Position numbers and translations under genes: made by a program | Shown: positions 9,890 to 19,971 of the stretch, piece after piece | Layout: every line of letters begins with the position of its first letter | How positions within the stretch are numbered: position 1 is the stretch's first letter | Notes under the pieces: generated by a model | The model's input: only the letters and a program-made list of their open reading frames with translations | The model's database searches: none | Told to the model about the DNA's origin: nothing | DNA from: an uncultured Bacteroides sp. | GTDB lineage: Bacteria > Bacteroidota > Bacteroidia > Bacteroidales > Bacteroidaceae | Assembly (NCBI GenBank): GCA_964419245.1 | Contig: CAYQOV010000003.1 | Span: 21,334-85,333 of the forward strand | DNA: 64,000 bases | Direction: 5' to 3'

Positions 9890-12800
9890 ATGAAACATAA
9901 TTATTCAATACAGCTATTGCCTGTATACTGCCTCCTAATATTCTCCATACTAAATATAAAAGGACATGGTATGGATTTAAAGATTACATCTCATCAACTT
10001 AACAAAACAAATGCCTTACCCAGTAATAATATCAGATGCATCATACAAGACCAAAACGGTTTTCTGTGGTTAGGCACACTAAACGGCCTCTACCGCTTTG
10101 ACGGATATCAAGCACATAAATTTACAAAATCCACCACAGGGAACAAAACTTTAATGAAAGAAAACAGAATTAGTAAATTGGAACAATGGAAAGATGGACA
10201 ACTGGCAGTAACGTTTCCTCCACATGGTGTAATAGGTTTCAACACAAAACACAACCTTTTTGAGCCATTGAAAGATTCAATAGAATATGTTCGTAAATCC
10301 AAGTCAAAACGGAATGCAATGATCGATAACTGTGGAAATCAGATCACAGTAATAAACGGGACTGAAAATATCATATATCAAAATATCAAAACTGGGCAGA
10401 AATTGACTCTAAACGCCATTCCCAGATTCTTATGGGAACTAAGTTCTGACATAAAATTAAAAGTCGTAACAGATAAGCGAGGATTTATATGGACATCTAC
10501 AGCTGGTGGAGGCATCACTGTATATGATAATAATGGCAATAGGATCAAACGTATTACGGCCAACAAATCAGAAAAATTAATTCCGTCAGATTACATTACA
10601 GATATGATAGAAGACAGAAATGGACGTATACTAGTATGCGAGCAATGGTATGGAATAACCATACTGACTATCGAAGAAGAAAAAATGAATCTAGTCACTC
10701 TCGGTAAAGAGAATGATATTGCTAATGCCAAAGAGGTAAAGGTCCTAACTAATGCATCAGACAAAATCATTGTTGCCAATAACATGGGCAAAGTTTTCAC
10801 ATTAGACGACAATGAGCTACTGTTTCCAGTAGCATCATTACCTACAAACGTAGAATATCTATATATTACAACAGACTCAAAAGGCCGTTTTTTAGCCGGC
10901 ACGAGAAACAATGGACTTTATACCTATGAAGGTTTCCTAACCCACTCTTCTGAGTTACCATCAATAAAAAGTAACCGTATAGATCACATTCTTGTAGACT
11001 CAAAAGACAGGATATGGATATGTAACATTAATGGTATGGTCGATATGTTGGAGCGCAAAGGCCTGAAATGGACATTCAACCATTTCTTTACCCAAATCGA
11101 AGGATTAGAAGTAAGATCTATGATTTGTGATCACAATAATAAGATTTGGATGGCTACAAACATCGGAATATTCAGTTTCAATCCCGAAAACCTTATTAAA
11201 AACAAAGAAAAATATACAAGACATCCTCTGAGCCCGTCTGATGAAGAAGTAAGAGTCACTTGTCTGATGGAAGACTCCAACCATACAATCTGGGCCGGAA
11301 CATCAGGTTGGGGAGTCTTTTCGTGTTCAGATGGGAAAAATTTTATACCTTTCAAAAAACAAATTGGAATAACACGCGTTATCAATACCATCACCGAAGA
11401 TACGGAACAAAATATCTGGATGGCAGGTGATGAAGGAGTGATATGCTATTCACCTATTCATGATTCAGCATTCAAACACTATTCAGAATTGTCCCCGTTA
11501 AGAAACATTTTCAATACACATTGTGCCGCAACAATGAATAACGGAAAAGTAGCATTAGGAACACTCGAAGGAATAGTGATAACCGACGCAGAAATGATGC
11601 GGAGAAATATAATAAAACAAACATTACAAATTTCAGAAATAAAGATTAATGGAATGACAGTGCAACATAATAACGATTTTCAACTAAAACATAACCAAAA
11701 CGCCTTAACGTTTTTCTTCACGGATTTATCATTTAATATCAGCCAACCGACATATTACACTTATCAAATGGAAGGGCTGGATATGCAATGGAGTGAACCC
11801 ACAACAGCCAATTTTGCAAATTTCAACTCACTGTCACCTGGGAAATACACTTTTCGTGTAAAAATTATCGATAGTGAAACTGAAACACGCGAACAATCCG
11901 TCAAATTTGTAATTCTTGCTCCTTGGTGGCAAACCTGGTGGTTCCGTTTGTCCATATTAATAATATTGGCAACGATCGCAATACAATTCTATATTCACCA
12001 TCTTCGCGAATCCAAACTCAAACAAACAGTACACGATGAACGCCTGCTCACAGAATACAGAATTAGATTCTTCACAAATATTTCACATGAGTTTCGTACC
12101 CCTCTAACATTAATCCAAGGCTCAATGGACAAAATATTGTCATTAGAAGAGACACCCAAACTATTACAACCGTCTATTTATATCATGCAACGTAACGTCA
12201 TAAGGATGAAGCGTTTAATAGATCAGTTTCTGGAATTCAGAAAAATGGAAACAGGCAATCTTGAACTACGCCTCGAACAGGTAGAAATAATAGAGATATT
12301 AAAGGATATTTTCCTGTCATTCCGTGATATCAGCGAGCGCCGACGCATCAACTACAAATTCAGCACCACAAACCCACAATTAATAATGTACGCAGACCGA
12401 AGTTATATAGACAAAATAGCATATAATCTATTGAGCAACGCATTCAAATATACACCTGTAGGTGGACACATATCCATGAAGCTATCTGTAACAGACAACA
12501 ATCTCGTTGTAAAAATACAAGATACGGGAATAGGAATTCCTGAAAAGACACGGGAACAACTGTTCAATAGATATAACAGATCAAAAATAGAAAGTAATTC
12601 CATCGGAATCGGATTAAATTTGACAGCTGAGTTAATACAAAAGCATCATGGTACAATAATTTACCAACCAGAATCTAAAGGAGGTTCTACATTCCTATTT
12701 ACCTTACCCTTAGATAAATCTATATACAAAACTGAAGATTTTCTACAAGAATCAGAATTAAATCTACAACGAGACCGTTCCAAATATCTCTATCAGGAAA

Positions 12801-13642
12801 AGATACATACTACATCAATGCGACCGATGAATGACAAAACAGTACTGATAGTTGAAGATGACATTGAAATATCAGACTTCCTGCAACAGGAACTATCAAA
12901 TTATTTCCATATAGAAATAGCAAATGATGGTGCAGAAGCTATAGAAGTAATCGAAGAAAAGATGCCAGACCTTATCATAACAGATATCCGCATGCCTAAT
13001 ATGGACGGTTTCCAACTATTGGCACATATACGAAAAAGTAGTTATCAATACTTACCCGTAATAATGCTTACGGCCGTTGACACAGCAGAAACAGAACTCA
13101 AAAGCATAAAACGAGGAGCAGATGTATATTTGCCTAAACCTTTTGATATGCGAATTCTGATAGCTCATTGCGTTGCACTTGTACAAAAATGTAACAACAG
13201 AAACAATAATTCTTCCACCATACACTCCACACAAGAATCACAACCTGCCATAGAAACAGCAAAAGAAACAGGCATAAAAACCCAAACAATTATAACAGAC
13301 GAACGAGACCGCAAATTCTTGGACCGCTTCAACACATATATTCAAAATCACTTTGATGATAAAGACCTGAATATAGACCATCTGGCAGAAGTGATGGGTT
13401 ATAGTCGCTCTAAATTTTACAGAAAAGTCAGCACACTCATCGGATACTCACCCAAAGAACACATACGCAAATTACGCATAGAACGTGCAGCAGAATTACT
13501 TCGTTCTTCTGATACAATCACAATCGCAGAAGTAGCATATATGACAGGCTTCAACACTCCTCAATATTTCAGCACGGTTTTCCGCGCCTACTACAATATG
13601 CTCCCGTCCGAATATCAAAAACAGAACATCAATACCGTATAA
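9890..13642 (+). CDS. Hybrid two-component system (beta-propeller sensor, Y_Y_Y, His kinase, receiver, AraC HTH)
   Basis: FFTNISHEFRTPLTLI H-box, NLLSNAFKY N-box, receiver ITDIRMP and C-terminal AraC IAEVAYMTGF. -7 box TATCTTTG at 9858-9865. Confidence 0.97.
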   Translation: MKHNYSIQLLPVYCLLIFSILNIKGHGMDLKITSHQLNKTNALPSNNIRCIIQDQNGFLWLGTLNGLYRFDGYQAHKFTKSTTGNKTLMKENRISKLEQWKDGQLAVTFPPHGVIGFNTKHNLFEPLKDSIEYVRKSKSKRNAMIDNCGNQITVINGTENIIYQNIKTGQKLTLNAIPRFLWELSSDIKLKVVTDKRGFIWTSTAGGGITVYDNNGNRIKRITANKSEKLIPSDYITDMIEDRNGRILVCEQWYGITILTIEEEKMNLVTLGKENDIANAKEVKVLTNASDKIIVANNMGKVFTLDDNELLFPVASLPTNVEYLYITTDSKGRFLAGTRNNGLYTYEGFLTHSSELPSIKSNRIDHILVDSKDRIWICNINGMVDMLERKGLKWTFNHFFTQIEGLEVRSMICDHNNKIWMATNIGIFSFNPENLIKNKEKYTRHPLSPSDEEVRVTCLMEDSNHTIWAGTSGWGVFSCSDGKNFIPFKKQIGITRVINTITEDTEQNIWMAGDEGVICYSPIHDSAFKHYSELSPLRNIFNTHCAATMNNGKVALGTLEGIVITDAEMMRRNIIKQTLQISEIKINGMTVQHNNDFQLKHNQNALTFFFTDLSFNISQPTYYTYQMEGLDMQWSEPTTANFANFNSLSPGKYTFRVKIIDSETETREQSVKFVILAPWWQTWWFRLSILIILATIAIQFYIHHLRESKLKQTVHDERLLTEYRIRFFTNISHEFRTPLTLIQGSMDKILSLEETPKLLQPSIYIMQRNVIRMKRLIDQFLEFRKMETGNLELRLEQVEIIEILKDIFLSFRDISERRRINYKFSTTNPQLIMYADRSYIDKIAYNLLSNAFKYTPVGGHISMKLSVTDNNLVVKIQDTGIGIPEKTREQLFNRYNRSKIESNSIGIGLNLTAELIQKHHGTIIYQPESKGGSTFLFTLPLDKSIYKTEDFLQESELNLQRDRSKYLYQEKIHTTSMRPMNDKTVLIVEDDIEISDFLQQELSNYFHIEIANDGAEAIEVIEEKMPDLIITDIRMPNMDGFQLLAHIRKSSYQYLPVIMLTAVDTAETELKSIKRGADVYLPKPFDMRILIAHCVALVQKCNNRNNNSSTIHSTQESQPAIETAKETGIKTQTIITDERDRKFLDRFNTYIQNHFDDKDLNIDHLAEVMGYSRSKFYRKVSTLIGYSPKEHIRKLRIERAAELLRSSDTITIAEVAYMTGFNTPQYFSTVFRAYYNMLPSEYQKQNINTV

Positions 13643-13841
13643 CCCCAAAGTATATCCCATTCATCATTGACAAATAACAGATTTCTTATCAGTATTGTAC
13701 AAGGATAAAGGATATACGAATTTTCATAAACAAACAATGCATATCCGCCCTTAATCCTCCCGAAAAACGAACATCAACGTTTTTATACCATCCTCCTCTA
13801 CTCATATCCATGGAATAAATTATCTTTGTGCCCGCATATAC

Positions 13842-14399
13842 ATGAAAAAAAATGCATCCATGACCGAACAGGAAGTCCGAAAATACTTGCGACAGATGAA
13901 GGAGGAAAGCTCTGAAAGGGCTTTCAAGGGCTTCTATGACCTGACCTACGACCGCCTGTTCCGCATTGCCTATTATTATCTGAAGCACGAGGAGTGGGCG
14001 CAAGAAGTGGTGCTCGACGTGTTCCTCGCCCTGTGGAAGCAGCGCGACACGCTGACGTCCGTGCAGAACATCGAGGACTATTGCTTCGTCCTCACCCGCA
14101 ACGCCTCGCTCAACTACCTGGAAAAGGAAGCGCGCCGAAGCGATTCCCTCTCTGCCGAACTGACCGAAAGCGACGCTTCCGACCCTTCGCCCGAGGAGTG
14201 CCTCATCAGCGAAGAGCTCTTTGCCCGCTACGTCAAGGCACTGGACCGCCTGCCCGAACGTTGCCGCGAGGTCTTCATCCGCGTCCGCGAAGAGAAGCAG
14301 AGCTATGCCCAAGTGGCCGAAGAGCTGGGCATCAGCGTCAAGACCGTCGATGCCCAGTTGCAGAAAGCCGTGTCCCGCCTGCGGGATATGCTGAAGTAA
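13842..14399 (+). CDS. ECF RNA polymerase sigma-70 factor (start may be 13860)
   Basis: AQEVVLDVFLALW region 2 and LPERCREVF...SYAQVAEELGISVKTVDAQL region 4; -7 box TATCTTTG at 13821-13828. Confidence 0.95.
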   Translation: MKKNASMTEQEVRKYLRQMKEESSERAFKGFYDLTYDRLFRIAYYYLKHEEWAQEVVLDVFLALWKQRDTLTSVQNIEDYCFVLTRNASLNYLEKEARRSDSLSAELTESDASDPSPEECLISEELFARYVKALDRLPERCREVFIRVREEKQSYAQVAEELGISVKTVDAQLQKAVSRLRDMLK

Positions 14400-14436
14400 A
14401 TCCTGTCTTCCGAAACCAATCATAGACCGTGAAGCC

Positions 14437-14546
14437 CGTTCCCTTACAGGGAAACGCTCGTTTCCCCTGTAGGGGACACTCGTTTCCTACACAGGGAACA
14501 GCCGTTTCCAACAGTTGGGAACAGGCGTTTCCTGTAAAGGGAACGG
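14437..14546. repeat. Five degenerate 22-23 bp tandem units, each a mini-palindrome (CGTTTCC...GGGAAC)
   Basis: Units start at 14437, 14459, 14481, 14503 and 14526. Confidence 0.8.
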
Positions 14547-14718
14547 ACCTCAGCTGCTAGGACATGCCCTACATCGTCCGTTTTTATGGGCAGGACAACG
14601 ATTGGAACTTTATACAAAAAAAACGCCGCCGCAGAAAAAAAGTCGTTTCCCGCGTAGGGAGTTTTCTGCTTTCCGCTGTCTTAATGGTAAAAGGAACTTC
14701 ATAAAACAACAGACTGAC

Positions 14719-15147
14719 ATGAAAAAAGCTATCCTCATCACCATCGGTCTCCTGCCGGCCCTGCTGCTCCTGACGGGCCTGACAGCCTGCGACGGCCACA
14801 ACGACAAGTACCCCAAAGCGTATCTGGGATTTGAAAAGACCCAGGAAAGTTTCACCTTCGACCGCCGGCAGAACAGCCAGGAAATCACACTGAAAATAGT
14901 TGTCGCCGACAAGGCCGACACCGAACGCAAGGCGGGCATCAGCATCCGAAGCCAGCCGGGACAGACGCCCGTCTATACCTTGCTGGACAAGGAGGTGACC
15001 ATCGCCCCCAAGAAGAAGTCGACCCTCGTACGCGTACGCATCTATCCCGCCAAAATAGACCAGCCGCAAGAAATCAAACTGACCTGCACGCCCAAGGACA
15101 AGGAAGTGAAACCCACCACCATCACGCTGAAGCTGGCGGTAAAATAA
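14719..15147 (+). CDS. Small Ig/Calx-beta-like lipoprotein
   Basis: ATG at 14719 gives MKKAILITIGLLPALLLLTGLTAC (lipobox) followed by beta-strand-rich sequence. The track's upstream TTG start runs through the repeat. Confidence 0.8.
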   Translation: MKKAILITIGLLPALLLLTGLTACDGHNDKYPKAYLGFEKTQESFTFDRRQNSQEITLKIVVADKADTERKAGISIRSQPGQTPVYTLLDKEVTIAPKKKSTLVRVRIYPAKIDQPQEIKLTCTPKDKEVKPTTITLKLAVK

Positions 15148-15157
15148 GAAAACGCTT

Positions 15158-16045
15158 ATGACAGAGAAAGACCCTTTTGAAACCCTGCTCAACCGCCTTG
15201 TGGCCTCGACCCGCTCGCCTCGCGGCCGGTTCAGCGCCGCCCGTTCCTGGCCGTTGCTTCAGTCGCGGCTGAAAAGAACCACCCTGCGGCGTACTCTCTG
15301 GATGCGTGTGGCCGGAGCGGCAGCCGTCGTGCTGCTCTGCGTGGTCGGATGGCAGGCCTACGAACGGCTCCGCCCCGTGGAGATGACGACGGTGACCGCA
15401 CAGGCAGAGACGCGCACCGTCGTCCTGCCCGACCGCACGGAAGTCATCCTGAACCGCTACTCCACGCTAACCTACCCGAAAGACTTCCGGCGGGAGGCGC
15501 GGCGCGAAGTCTCCCTGCAGGGAGGCGCCTACTTCGAAGTGGCCAAGGACCCGTCGCACCCGTTCGTGGTAGAAACGGGCGAGGTACAGGTGGAGGTACT
15601 GGGTACGCACTTCAACGTCGAAGCCTATCCGCGCGACCGTGAGGTGCGCACCACACTTCTGGAAGGCTCCGTGGCCGTCAGCCTCCGCGACCGGTCGCAA
15701 CGGCTGGTGCTGGCTCCCAACGAGCGGGCCGTTTACCACAAGGCCAGCGGCCGCCTGACGCAAGAACCCGTGGCCGATGCCGCCAACGACATCAGCTGGA
15801 GCCGCGGCCAACTGAGCTTCCAGAGCCAGCCCCTGCGCGAAATCGTCCGCCAGCTGGCCAACACCTATCAGACGGATATCCGCATCGCCGACCCGACGCT
15901 GGCCGAATACCGCCTCACGGCCACCTTCGACATCGGAGAGGGCCTGACACATATCCTCGACCTGCTGCAGGCCGCGGCCGGATTCACCTACCGACAAGAC
16001 AAGAACCAAAACATCATCCTACAAACTAAACTTAACCATCCATGA
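15158..16045 (+). CDS. FecR-family anti-sigma factor
   Basis: One TM helix, then LPDRTEVILN, REVSLQGGAYFEVAKD and VEVLGTHFNV FecR motifs. Confidence 0.95.
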   Translation: MTEKDPFETLLNRLVASTRSPRGRFSAARSWPLLQSRLKRTTLRRTLWMRVAGAAAVVLLCVVGWQAYERLRPVEMTTVTAQAETRTVVLPDRTEVILNRYSTLTYPKDFRREARREVSLQGGAYFEVAKDPSHPFVVETGEVQVEVLGTHFNVEAYPRDREVRTTLLEGSVAVSLRDRSQRLVLAPNERAVYHKASGRLTQEPVADAANDISWSRGQLSFQSQPLREIVRQLANTYQTDIRIADPTLAEYRLTATFDIGEGLTHILDLLQAAAGFTYRQDKNQNIILQTKLNHP

Positions 16046-18783
16046 ACTATTCTGAACCAAGCTGTTCCCACCGCTCCCTCAGGCTCCTGCTCCTGATGGG
16101 CGCGGTACTGCTTGGAGTCTGTCTCCAAGCCCAAAACCCGCAGGCCCCCATCACAATGGACATCCGCAACGCCACCCTCCGCGCCCTGGTGTCGCGGCTG
16201 GAGAACGCCACAGGTTACACCTTTGTCTATGGCGACGAAGTCAGACTCACCCGCCGCATCGACCTGAAAGTACAGAAGCTCACCATCGGCCAAGTGCTGG
16301 AACAGGCCTTCAGCGACCAACCGGTGGAGTTCGAAATATCGGGCAAGCACATCGTGCTGCGCAAGCGCGAGATGCCCCGCAAGCGCGAACGCCGCCGCTT
16401 CACCGTGAGCGGCTACGTCACCGACGCCGCCTCGGCCGAAACACTGATAGGCGCCAACATCCTGGACAGCCGCTATGCCGTGGGTACGGCCTCGAATGCC
16501 TACGGCTTCTATACCCTGACCCTGCCCGAAGGTGAGGTGAGCCTCTCGTCCTCCTACCTGGGCTACGCCACACGGACCGACCGCTTCTGCCTGAAGGCAG
16601 ACACCACGCTGAACATTGCCCTCAGTACCCACAACGAGCTGCAGGAAGTGGTCGTCACGTCGGAAAAGCGGGAAGCGGGCATCAATGCTACCCACATGGG
16701 AGCGCACGACATCCCCATGACGCAGATACGCCACACGCCCTCCATCCTCGGCGAGGCTGACGTACTGAAAACCATCCAGCTGATGCCGGGCGTACAGGCA
16801 GGCATGGAGGGCTTCGCGGGCATGTATGTCCGTGGCGGCACGCCCGACCAGAACCTGGTGATGCTGGACGGCATCCCCGTCTACAACGCCGACCACCTGC
16901 TGGGCATCTTCTCGGTGTTCACACCCGAGGCGGTGAAGAACGTCACCCTCTTCAAGAGCAGCTTTCCCGCCCGCTACGGCGGCCGCCTGTCGTCTGTAGT
17001 CGATGTACGTACCAACGACGGCGACATGAACCGTTATCACGGCGCGTTGAGCGTCGGGGTACTCACGACCAAATTCCACATCGAAGGCCCCATCTGGCGG
17101 GAACGCACGTCGTTCTCACTCAGCATGCGAGTCACACCCAGCATCCTGCTGCCCAATGGTATCCAAGCTACCTCCGAATGGGGCAGCGGTCGGGATACTG
17201 AACGATACAACTATTATTTCTACGACATCAACGCCAAGGTGAACCACAAGTTCGGCGACCGCGACCGTCTGTTCCTGGGCTTCTACCGGGGCAAAGACCA
17301 CTTCCGGTACGATAATGAATACGAACATAATACGACCTCTGCCAACGCTACCTACCAGAAAGACATCAGCCAGACCCGCCTGAACTGGGGAAACCTCATC
17401 GGCTACGCCCGCTGGAATCATGTGTTCAACAGCCGCCTGTTCGGTAACCTCACTGCTTCGTACAACCAATATCGCATGAGCCTGAACGAAAACATGGAAG
17501 ACCATGGCTTTCAGCAAAACCAACTATACGACTACCACCGATACCGTTCGGAGTTCCGTTCGGGCATCCGCGACTGGAGCCTGCGTGCCGACTTCGACTT
17601 CACCCCTTCCACCCGTCACCACATCCGCTTCGGCAGCGAGTTCATCCACCACCTGTTCACGCCGGGTGTATCGACCTCGCACATCGGCAACATGGACGAT
17701 GGCTCTGCCCGGCAGGACACTACCTATACCACCAGCAGCAACCGCCCGCAACGGGGCACGGAACTGTCGCTCTATGGCGAAGACAGCTGGGAGGCTACCG
17801 ACCGGCTCAGCCTGAACCTTGGTGTGCGAGCCTCGTTGTTCCACACGCAAGGCAAGAACTATCTGTCGGCACAACCCCGTGTCTCCGCCCGTTACGACTG
17901 GGGAAAGGGTATCGCAACAAAGGCCTCCTACTCGTGCATGGCCCAGTACGTCCATCTGCTCACCGCCACTCCCTTCTCCATGCCCACCGACCTGTGGGTA
18001 CCCATCACCCGGAACATACGCCCCATGTATGCCAACCAATACTCCGCCGGTACCTACTATACCGGCCTGCCCGGCTGGGAATTCTCACTGGAAGGTTACT
18101 ACAAACAGATGCGGCACATTCTGGAGTACCAGGACGGAGTCTCCTTCTTCGGTACCTCCACCCATTGGGAAGAAAAGGTGGAGATGGGCCAGGGGCGCAG
18201 CTATGGTCTGGAACTGATGGTTCAGCGCACCGTAGGAAACACGACGGGCTGGCTCGCCTATACTCTGGCCAAGAGCGAACGACGCTTCCCGAACGGCAGC
18301 ATCAACCAAGGCCGGTGGTTTCCCCACAAATACGACCGGCGTCACAGCCTCAACCTTTGCGTGAACCACCGCTTCAGCGACCGCATCGACGTGGGTGCCT
18401 CGTGGATTTTCTACACGGGAGGCTGCCTCACCATCCCCGAACGACGGACAGCCATCGTCAAGCCCGACGGCAGTACCGAAGAGACCGACTACATATCGGG
18501 ACGTAACAACTACCGTCTGCCCGCCACCCATCGCCTGAACCTAGGCGTAAACTTCAACAAGAAGACCAAGCACGGCATGCGTACCTGGAACATCAGCCTC
18601 TACAATGCCTACAACGCCATGAACCCCAATCTGGTATATACCAAACAGAAGCAGCTGACCAATAGTTGGGTCAATGACGGTCAAGGAGGCGCCATACAAA
18701 TAGATTCAAAATCAAGAACCGTCATCAAAAAACTGACCATCCTGCCATGTATTCCCTCCGTGACCTATACATACAGATTTTAA
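16042..18783 (+). CDS. TonB-dependent receptor/transducer with N-terminal STN signalling domain
   Basis: STN domain, CarbopepD_reg-like domain, plug GEADVLKTIQLMPGV...VRGG..DQN, and C-terminal YTYRF. Confidence 0.95.
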   Translation: MNYSEPSCSHRSLRLLLLMGAVLLGVCLQAQNPQAPITMDIRNATLRALVSRLENATGYTFVYGDEVRLTRRIDLKVQKLTIGQVLEQAFSDQPVEFEISGKHIVLRKREMPRKRERRRFTVSGYVTDAASAETLIGANILDSRYAVGTASNAYGFYTLTLPEGEVSLSSSYLGYATRTDRFCLKADTTLNIALSTHNELQEVVVTSEKREAGINATHMGAHDIPMTQIRHTPSILGEADVLKTIQLMPGVQAGMEGFAGMYVRGGTPDQNLVMLDGIPVYNADHLLGIFSVFTPEAVKNVTLFKSSFPARYGGRLSSVVDVRTNDGDMNRYHGALSVGVLTTKFHIEGPIWRERTSFSLSMRVTPSILLPNGIQATSEWGSGRDTERYNYYFYDINAKVNHKFGDRDRLFLGFYRGKDHFRYDNEYEHNTTSANATYQKDISQTRLNWGNLIGYARWNHVFNSRLFGNLTASYNQYRMSLNENMEDHGFQQNQLYDYHRYRSEFRSGIRDWSLRADFDFTPSTRHHIRFGSEFIHHLFTPGVSTSHIGNMDDGSARQDTTYTTSSNRPQRGTELSLYGEDSWEATDRLSLNLGVRASLFHTQGKNYLSAQPRVSARYDWGKGIATKASYSCMAQYVHLLTATPFSMPTDLWVPITRNIRPMYANQYSAGTYYTGLPGWEFSLEGYYKQMRHILEYQDGVSFFGTSTHWEEKVEMGQGRSYGLELMVQRTVGNTTGWLAYTLAKSERRFPNGSINQGRWFPHKYDRRHSLNLCVNHRFSDRIDVGASWIFYTGGCLTIPERRTAIVKPDGSTEETDYISGRNNYRLPATHRLNLGVNFNKKTKHGMRTWNISLYNAYNAMNPNLVYTKQKQLTNSWVNDGQGGAIQIDSKSRTVIKKLTILPCIPSVTYTYRF

Positions 18784-18807
18784 AAACTACATATCCTACA
18801 AACGAAT

Positions 18808-19971
18808 ATGAAACGAAAACATTTATACTTCATTATATACACAGTAACTCTTTTCGGATTATTATCATGTGAAAACGAAATCCCCTACAATCCTGAAACG
18901 AAACAACCCTGCCTCGTCATGAATGCTCTGCTCGAAGCAGGAGAAGGCAAAACAAACGAAGTGTATCTGTACCTAAGTACAGGAGACAATTTAGACAAAG
19001 TGAATGACGATGCCATACTCACCCTCTACGTCAACGGACAACTCACCGAAACTCCCCAAGCCTTCAAACCGGAAGACATCTATCCTTATCCAGGGGAATG
19101 GCTCTCTCCAGAAGATTATGAAACGCTATTAAAAAACATACATTACAGAAAATATCGCCTATCAACTCCCCTGCAGCCCGGCGACCTCGTCCGTCTGGAA
19201 GCGACGGCCCAAGGAGGTACCCTTCGGGCTACGGCAGAAGTACAGGTTCCCCAGCCTCCCCAAGATTTCCGTGTGGACACCTGTACCGTCCCGCTCAACA
19301 TGGGCAGCGGTATCGTCACTCCCCACCGCCGTTACCTCGTGACAGTGAATGACATAGCCAACGAAAACAACCACTACCGACTGGACATCCGTAACCAGTT
19401 CCTGGTGCGCTACCACATCTACGAATACCTCAGGGACGAAAACGGGAATTATATAGAAAATGAAAACGGAAACATCATGTACACCGAACGGGACAGCCTG
19501 TCCACCCAAATATACAGCAACCTTGTCAACCGCGAAGACGTCATCCTGACCGACGGCAACGTAAGCCATTCACAGGAAGATGAGGACAACCTGATGTTTC
19601 CCCGCATCGAGAACAAGTACAACATCTTCACCGACAACCGTTTCCGCAACAGTTCGGCCACGCTCAAGGTATATACCCGCCTCTACGATGACTTTACAGC
19701 CAATCCGCTCTACGGCATTACCTATGGCAACACACATTGTACCCAGTCCATCCACATCCGCCTGCTCAACTTGACAGCCGACTATTACCGTTACCTGAAG
19801 GCCTTGAACTGCCTGGAAGATGATGACTACGACACCGTTCTGATGGAACCTGTCTCTCTGCCCTGCAACGTCAGCGGCGGCATCGGCTTCGTGGGTGTCG
19901 CCACGCCGCGCGAGGTAGTTATCACCTTCCCCGAACGACCATGCAGAAATACAAGTTCGTCATTCCCCTGA
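18808..19971 (+). CDS. DUF4249-type lipoprotein partner of the TonB receptor
   Basis: Lipobox LLSC; C-terminal EPVSLPCNVSGGIGFVG motif. Confidence 0.85.
   Translation: MKRKHLYFIIYTVTLFGLLSCENEIPYNPETKQPCLVMNALLEAGEGKTNEVYLYLSTGDNLDKVNDDAILTLYVNGQLTETPQAFKPEDIYPYPGEWLSPEDYETLLKNIHYRKYRLSTPLQPGDLVRLEATAQGGTLRATAEVQVPQPPQDFRVDTCTVPLNMGSGIVTPHRRYLVTVNDIANENNHYRLDIRNQFLVRYHIYEYLRDENGNYIENENGNIMYTERDSLSTQIYSNLVNREDVILTDGNVSHSQEDEDNLMFPRIENKYNIFTDNRFRNSSATLKVYTRLYDDFTANPLYGITYGNTHCTQSIHIRLLNLTADYYRYLKALNCLEDDDYDTVLMEPVSLPCNVSGGIGFVGVATPREVVITFPERPCRNTSSSFP

Noticed and set aside
14437-14546. Possible mini-CRISPR array (also 30644-30729 and 53131-53204)
   Set aside because: The period is only 21-23 bp, the repeats are degenerate, there are no 30-bp unique spacers and no cas genes.
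19960-19971. Convergent 3' overlaps (also 41770-41775)
   Set aside because: Short tail-to-tail overlaps are common and show no further signal.
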